Source: Azolla caroliniana (taxonomy: Eukaryota > Plantae > Polypodiophyta). From it: DNA of 64,000 nt. Positions 60,656-64,000 of this stretch are shown here, in pieces (within the stretch, counting starts at the first letter, position 1; each line of letters begins with the position of its first letter). A program made the position numbers and the translations under genes. The stretch spans positions 9,920,001-9,984,000 of the forward strand of contig JBHGNT010000013.1 of NCBI GenBank assembly GCA_043228905.1. The letters run 5' to 3'. The notes under the pieces were generated by a model that was given only the letters and a program-made list of their open reading frames with translations, was not told the DNA's origin and did not search any database.

Positions 60656-61305
60656 GGGGCAAATAATTAACCCCCACCTTATGACTCTAAAACCTTACCA
60701 TTTACCCTATAATTGTAGTATGTATAGAACTATATGCGTTTTAAATCCTAAACCATATAAGACTTGAACCAACAACCTCCACATTATGAACCTCAAAGAC
60801 TACCATTTAGCCAATACTCATTTGTTTTATTTAGAATAGCATTGTATAGTCTAAACCATGTAAATTAATGTACTACATGTGCACCACATAGCACACATGC
60901 AAGAGCCTTCTTTGCATGTGTGACATATGGCCCACATGCAAAACCATCCCATTCCTATAAAAGGAGAAGGGAGTATAGTCACAAGGATATCAAGGAATCA
61001 ATCAATATCAAAAGAACTATATTATATATATGAATAGAATCAAATAGAGTTATGTTGTAAGAGATATCACAATAGAGAAAGAAGAAAAGAAGGTCAACAT
61101 ACAAGAGAAGCTCTAAGTTGGCGGTTGTGGTGCTACACTCTCAACCAAAAGGGTGGAGGTTTGAGTCTTATCTCATTGAAAGGTAAAAGAGAAGATTGTG
61201 GTCTACTATCAAGAAAGAGAAGAGCGATAGAAGCGAAGATTGTGGTCTTGATGTAGTTAGTGGAGTTTATTTCGTTGCTAGAGGGTTTTACGAAGTATTG
61301 CTATC

Positions 61306-61791
61306 AAGCACTTCCACCCAAACATGACATTTGTGACGAATTAGCCCTTGATAGTCTTTTGACAAAGACCACGACAATGCATGAACCATTTGTTCTCTAT
61401 ATGTTAAAGGAGATTCCTCAAGTAATTGAGTTTTGTACTTTGGTTCTGATAGCAATACTTCGTAAAACCCTCTAGCAGCGAAATAAACTCCACTAACTGC
61501 ATAGACTTTAAACATTACATTTATCCATTGAGCCACGTCATTTGCAGAAGGCATCTTCCCAAGAAAGAAAAGAATAATAGCATTTGACAAGTACACTTTT
61601 AAAGGATTCAACAAGTCTTGCGATGGGATAGTAAATGTCTTGCTTGGCAAAGGCCCATCCCATGTCTTTCTATCCTCTGCAAAGTCCTCTAATAGACTAT
61701 CCTGAAGCCATTTTGTATCTAGAGGATCTTCTATGATTTCTTTCCTCTTCTTATTCCATACAGAAGATGATTGAGCCATCCTTGACAACAT
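61306..61791 (-). pseudogene. Plant L1 ORF1 fragment (DUF4283-like)
   Basis: AIILFFLGKMPS...ARGFYEVLL...PL..REQMVHALSWS...HVWVEV pattern; truncated at an inverted duplication. Confidence 0.65.
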
Positions 61792-62049
61792 GTGGTAGAC
61801 CTGCTACTTTGTATGTTGAAATGTAGAGAGGTCTAACAAAGGTAATGAGAGGAGCAAACCTGATGTCTCACAACTTAGGTTGAAATAGGCAGGTCTTGAA
61901 GTCTGCACTCCGCTCAGATTTGAGTGAATCTGACAATGCTCAATCCATTCTGAAGGCTCCAAAAACGACTCAGACCTCGTCCAATTCCGACTCCAAATGA
62001 GGGAGATATGAGAGTTGAAAGGTGAACTCTACCTCTCTGTCTTTCACGT

Positions 62050-64000
62050 TGTCATGATGTTGCGTGTCCAATGGGAGAAATTGTGTAGTTCCACGCACAT
62101 TACACAAACGATTATGAATATGAAAATTATCCTAGGGCCTAGTGGCATTTGAGTGCATATAGAGGGGTACAAGCAAGATTTGAACCTTGCGCCTCTAAGA
62201 TAGAAGAGATTTATCTTACCATTAGGTCTACTACCAAGTACTTTAAATATTACATACTTCTTTTCAAATTCAAAAGGCATAGGAAAACAACTGTACAAAA
62301 CCGTGTGCACAAGACCATGTTCCAAGACCATGGTTTTGTGCATGCCACAAGAAAAAACGTGTGCCCAAAAACCATGGGTCCAAGCCCATGGTTTTGTGCA
62401 TGTTAGAACCATGGATAGACCTATAAAAACCCTCGTAAGGCTTGTGTAAAGGGGGGGCTCAATATATGATATCATCAATATAATCTTCTTCTTAATATTC
62501 TTCTTGAAATCTGTCTTCTTCTTGAGTCTAAAAATATTTGTTCTTTTCAAATGTGACATTGGTTTCCTCGACTGTAACATCCACATCGTTGTCTTTTCGA
62601 CAAATTTGTGAACGTCCTCCCTGGTCTGTGGCCCCGGTTCATTTCACGAACACGCCAGGATTTCCTCGACATCTCATTTGGTGAACCCGACGTGAAGAGT
62701 GGCAGGGGAGGATCAAGATGGACGAGGAATATCTCATGGAGGCAATGTCAAAGATGATAATGGAATATTCGAGAGAAGGGAAAAGACGAGATGCGGCCCA
62801 ACAAGTCGTCGAAAGCATGGTCGAGCAAGTCGGCTATGTCGACGGGGGCATAGTCCAAAATTTTCTAGACACCTACAATGCCGAGATGGATTCGAGAGGT
62901 GTGAATGAAGCTATGAGGCTGGAGTACTTTTTTCGAGTGGTGGCTGAACCGAACTACAAAGAGGTAAAAGAGCTTCGAGATGCTCATGATTCGTGGGTGA
63001 CTTTCAAGGAGGCTCTATTGGAGGCATATGGCTACGAGAGACCAAAGGGACAAAGTTTGTACAAGTTCAACCAATGGGTGTCATCAATGAAGACCCACCG
63101 GAGTGCCATGGATGCGTTCGTTGAGTTTGAGTGTCGCTTTGCTCAATTCTCAGAGCGGGATCGAAGACTGGTGGGGGTGAATAAAGTTCTACTATTTGTA
63201 AAGTCAATTGATCGATATGAAAGGAAGGCCATTGGAATCCAACTCGAGGATGACAATGGTGCAAATGGCCTCATCAAGGATTGGGCCAGAGTGGAAAGGG
63301 TATGCCGACAACACGACAAGAGGAAGACGAGATTCTCGTCGACAACAACACGACCCATGAGGGATGTTCAAAGGAGAATGAGATGTGGCAATACACCACC
63401 ACCGAAGCAAGAAATCTCGAAGAGGGAAGATTCGATACTCAACATAGAAGTCTTTAAGAGAGAGGCATTCGAGAACTTAAAGGCGCAAGTTGTGGTTGAA
63501 GAGAAGCTTCAAAAGGAGCAAAAACTGAAGCAGATGGTGATCGAGGAAGAAGAGAGCTCCTAACGAATGGGGGTTGATGAAGTGGCCAAGATGAATGCCC
63601 AAGTTTGGTACCACGAGAGAAGGTGTGGAACAAGACACTTTCTCATCTTGCAAAGAAACAACGACGAAGAATGAAACCAATGAATCGAGGACGGCGAACG
63701 CCACTTCAAGTGAGGACAAATGTTTCGGAACACACATCATGTCTGAAACATCGAGTGATGAAGGTGCAAGCATGAGCAAAGCTTGCGTGATCGAGGGATG
63801 TAAATATTGCAATGTTGGTGTGATTGAGGCGGTAGCCACGAGGAACGACATCGAGTCGCAGATGGCTATGGAAGAGTCCACGGCAGATGACCGTGTCAAG
63901 ACTTTCCCAACACTTGATCTAGAGACTTGGGCAGTTGCGTCTGAGAGCCAACATGAGACCCAAGAGACAGAAAGTGGTGGGGAAGCAAATATTGAAGACA
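62050..64000 (+). mobile_element. Second, diverged Trp-primed gag-type LTR element (runs off window)
   Basis: LTR 62050-62671 (TGTCATGA...TCGACA) homologous to 13920-14561; PBS-Trp 62679-62696. Confidence 0.88.
62718..63563 (+). CDS. gag-like protein homologous to 11650-13875 (premature TAA; homology continues to window end)
   Basis: MDEEYLMEAMSKMIMEYSREGKRR... aligns by eye with MDGEYLMEAMSRRMMEFLREGKRR... Confidence 0.75.
   Translation: MDEEYLMEAMSKMIMEYSREGKRRDAAQQVVESMVEQVGYVDGGIVQNFLDTYNAEMDSRGVNEAMRLEYFFRVVAEPNYKEVKELRDAHDSWVTFKEALLEAYGYERPKGQSLYKFNQWVSSMKTHRSAMDAFVEFECRFAQFSERDRRLVGVNKVLLFVKSIDRYERKAIGIQLEDDNGANGLIKDWARVERVCRQHDKRKTRFSSTTTRPMRDVQRRMRCGNTPPPKQEISKREDSILNIEVFKREAFENLKAQVVVEEKLQKEQKLKQMVIEEEESS

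Noticed and set aside
60617-60660. poly-T / poly-G run as a G-quadruplex or terminator
   Set aside because: Homopolymer of uncertain length, prone to sequencing error; no supporting context.

Overview
Eukaryotic, plant-like window. The TE lineages present suggest a non-seed land plant such as a bryophyte, but this is inference. About 80% is nested retroelements. (a) 1-28072: a decayed Ty1/copia element carries two Tcn1-like chromoviruses. One has an RTEX-like LINE in its LTR. The other is split in RT by a very young tRNA-Trp-primed non-autonomous gypsy with three LTR copies. The copia also carries a Met-primed chromovirus that holds a copia solo LTR. (b) 30900-38600: a gene island with a 5-exon plant gene (MRAVFL/GTGVFLP/LPxxWTY family) behind ABRE/G-boxes, and a minus-strand C/D snoRNA cluster (U29-like, snoR53Y-like) behind a telo-box/site II promoter. 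(c) 39680-60409: an Athila/Tat-type gypsy with a ~1000-aa extra ORF, interrupted by a rearranged double copia that contains a 2-kb foldback. (d) An L1 ORF1 fragment and a second Trp-primed element at the right end. Most notable observations: a tRNA-3'-end-like sequence where the polypurine tract of the Athila-like element should be; antisense tRNA-like Pol III A/B-box modules in the U3 of two unrelated gypsy LTR families; a covarying Tf1-type self-priming signal; a template-switch chimera; and LINE ORF1/ORF2 separated by a single in-frame TAG. All coordinates were read by eye and no database searches were run.
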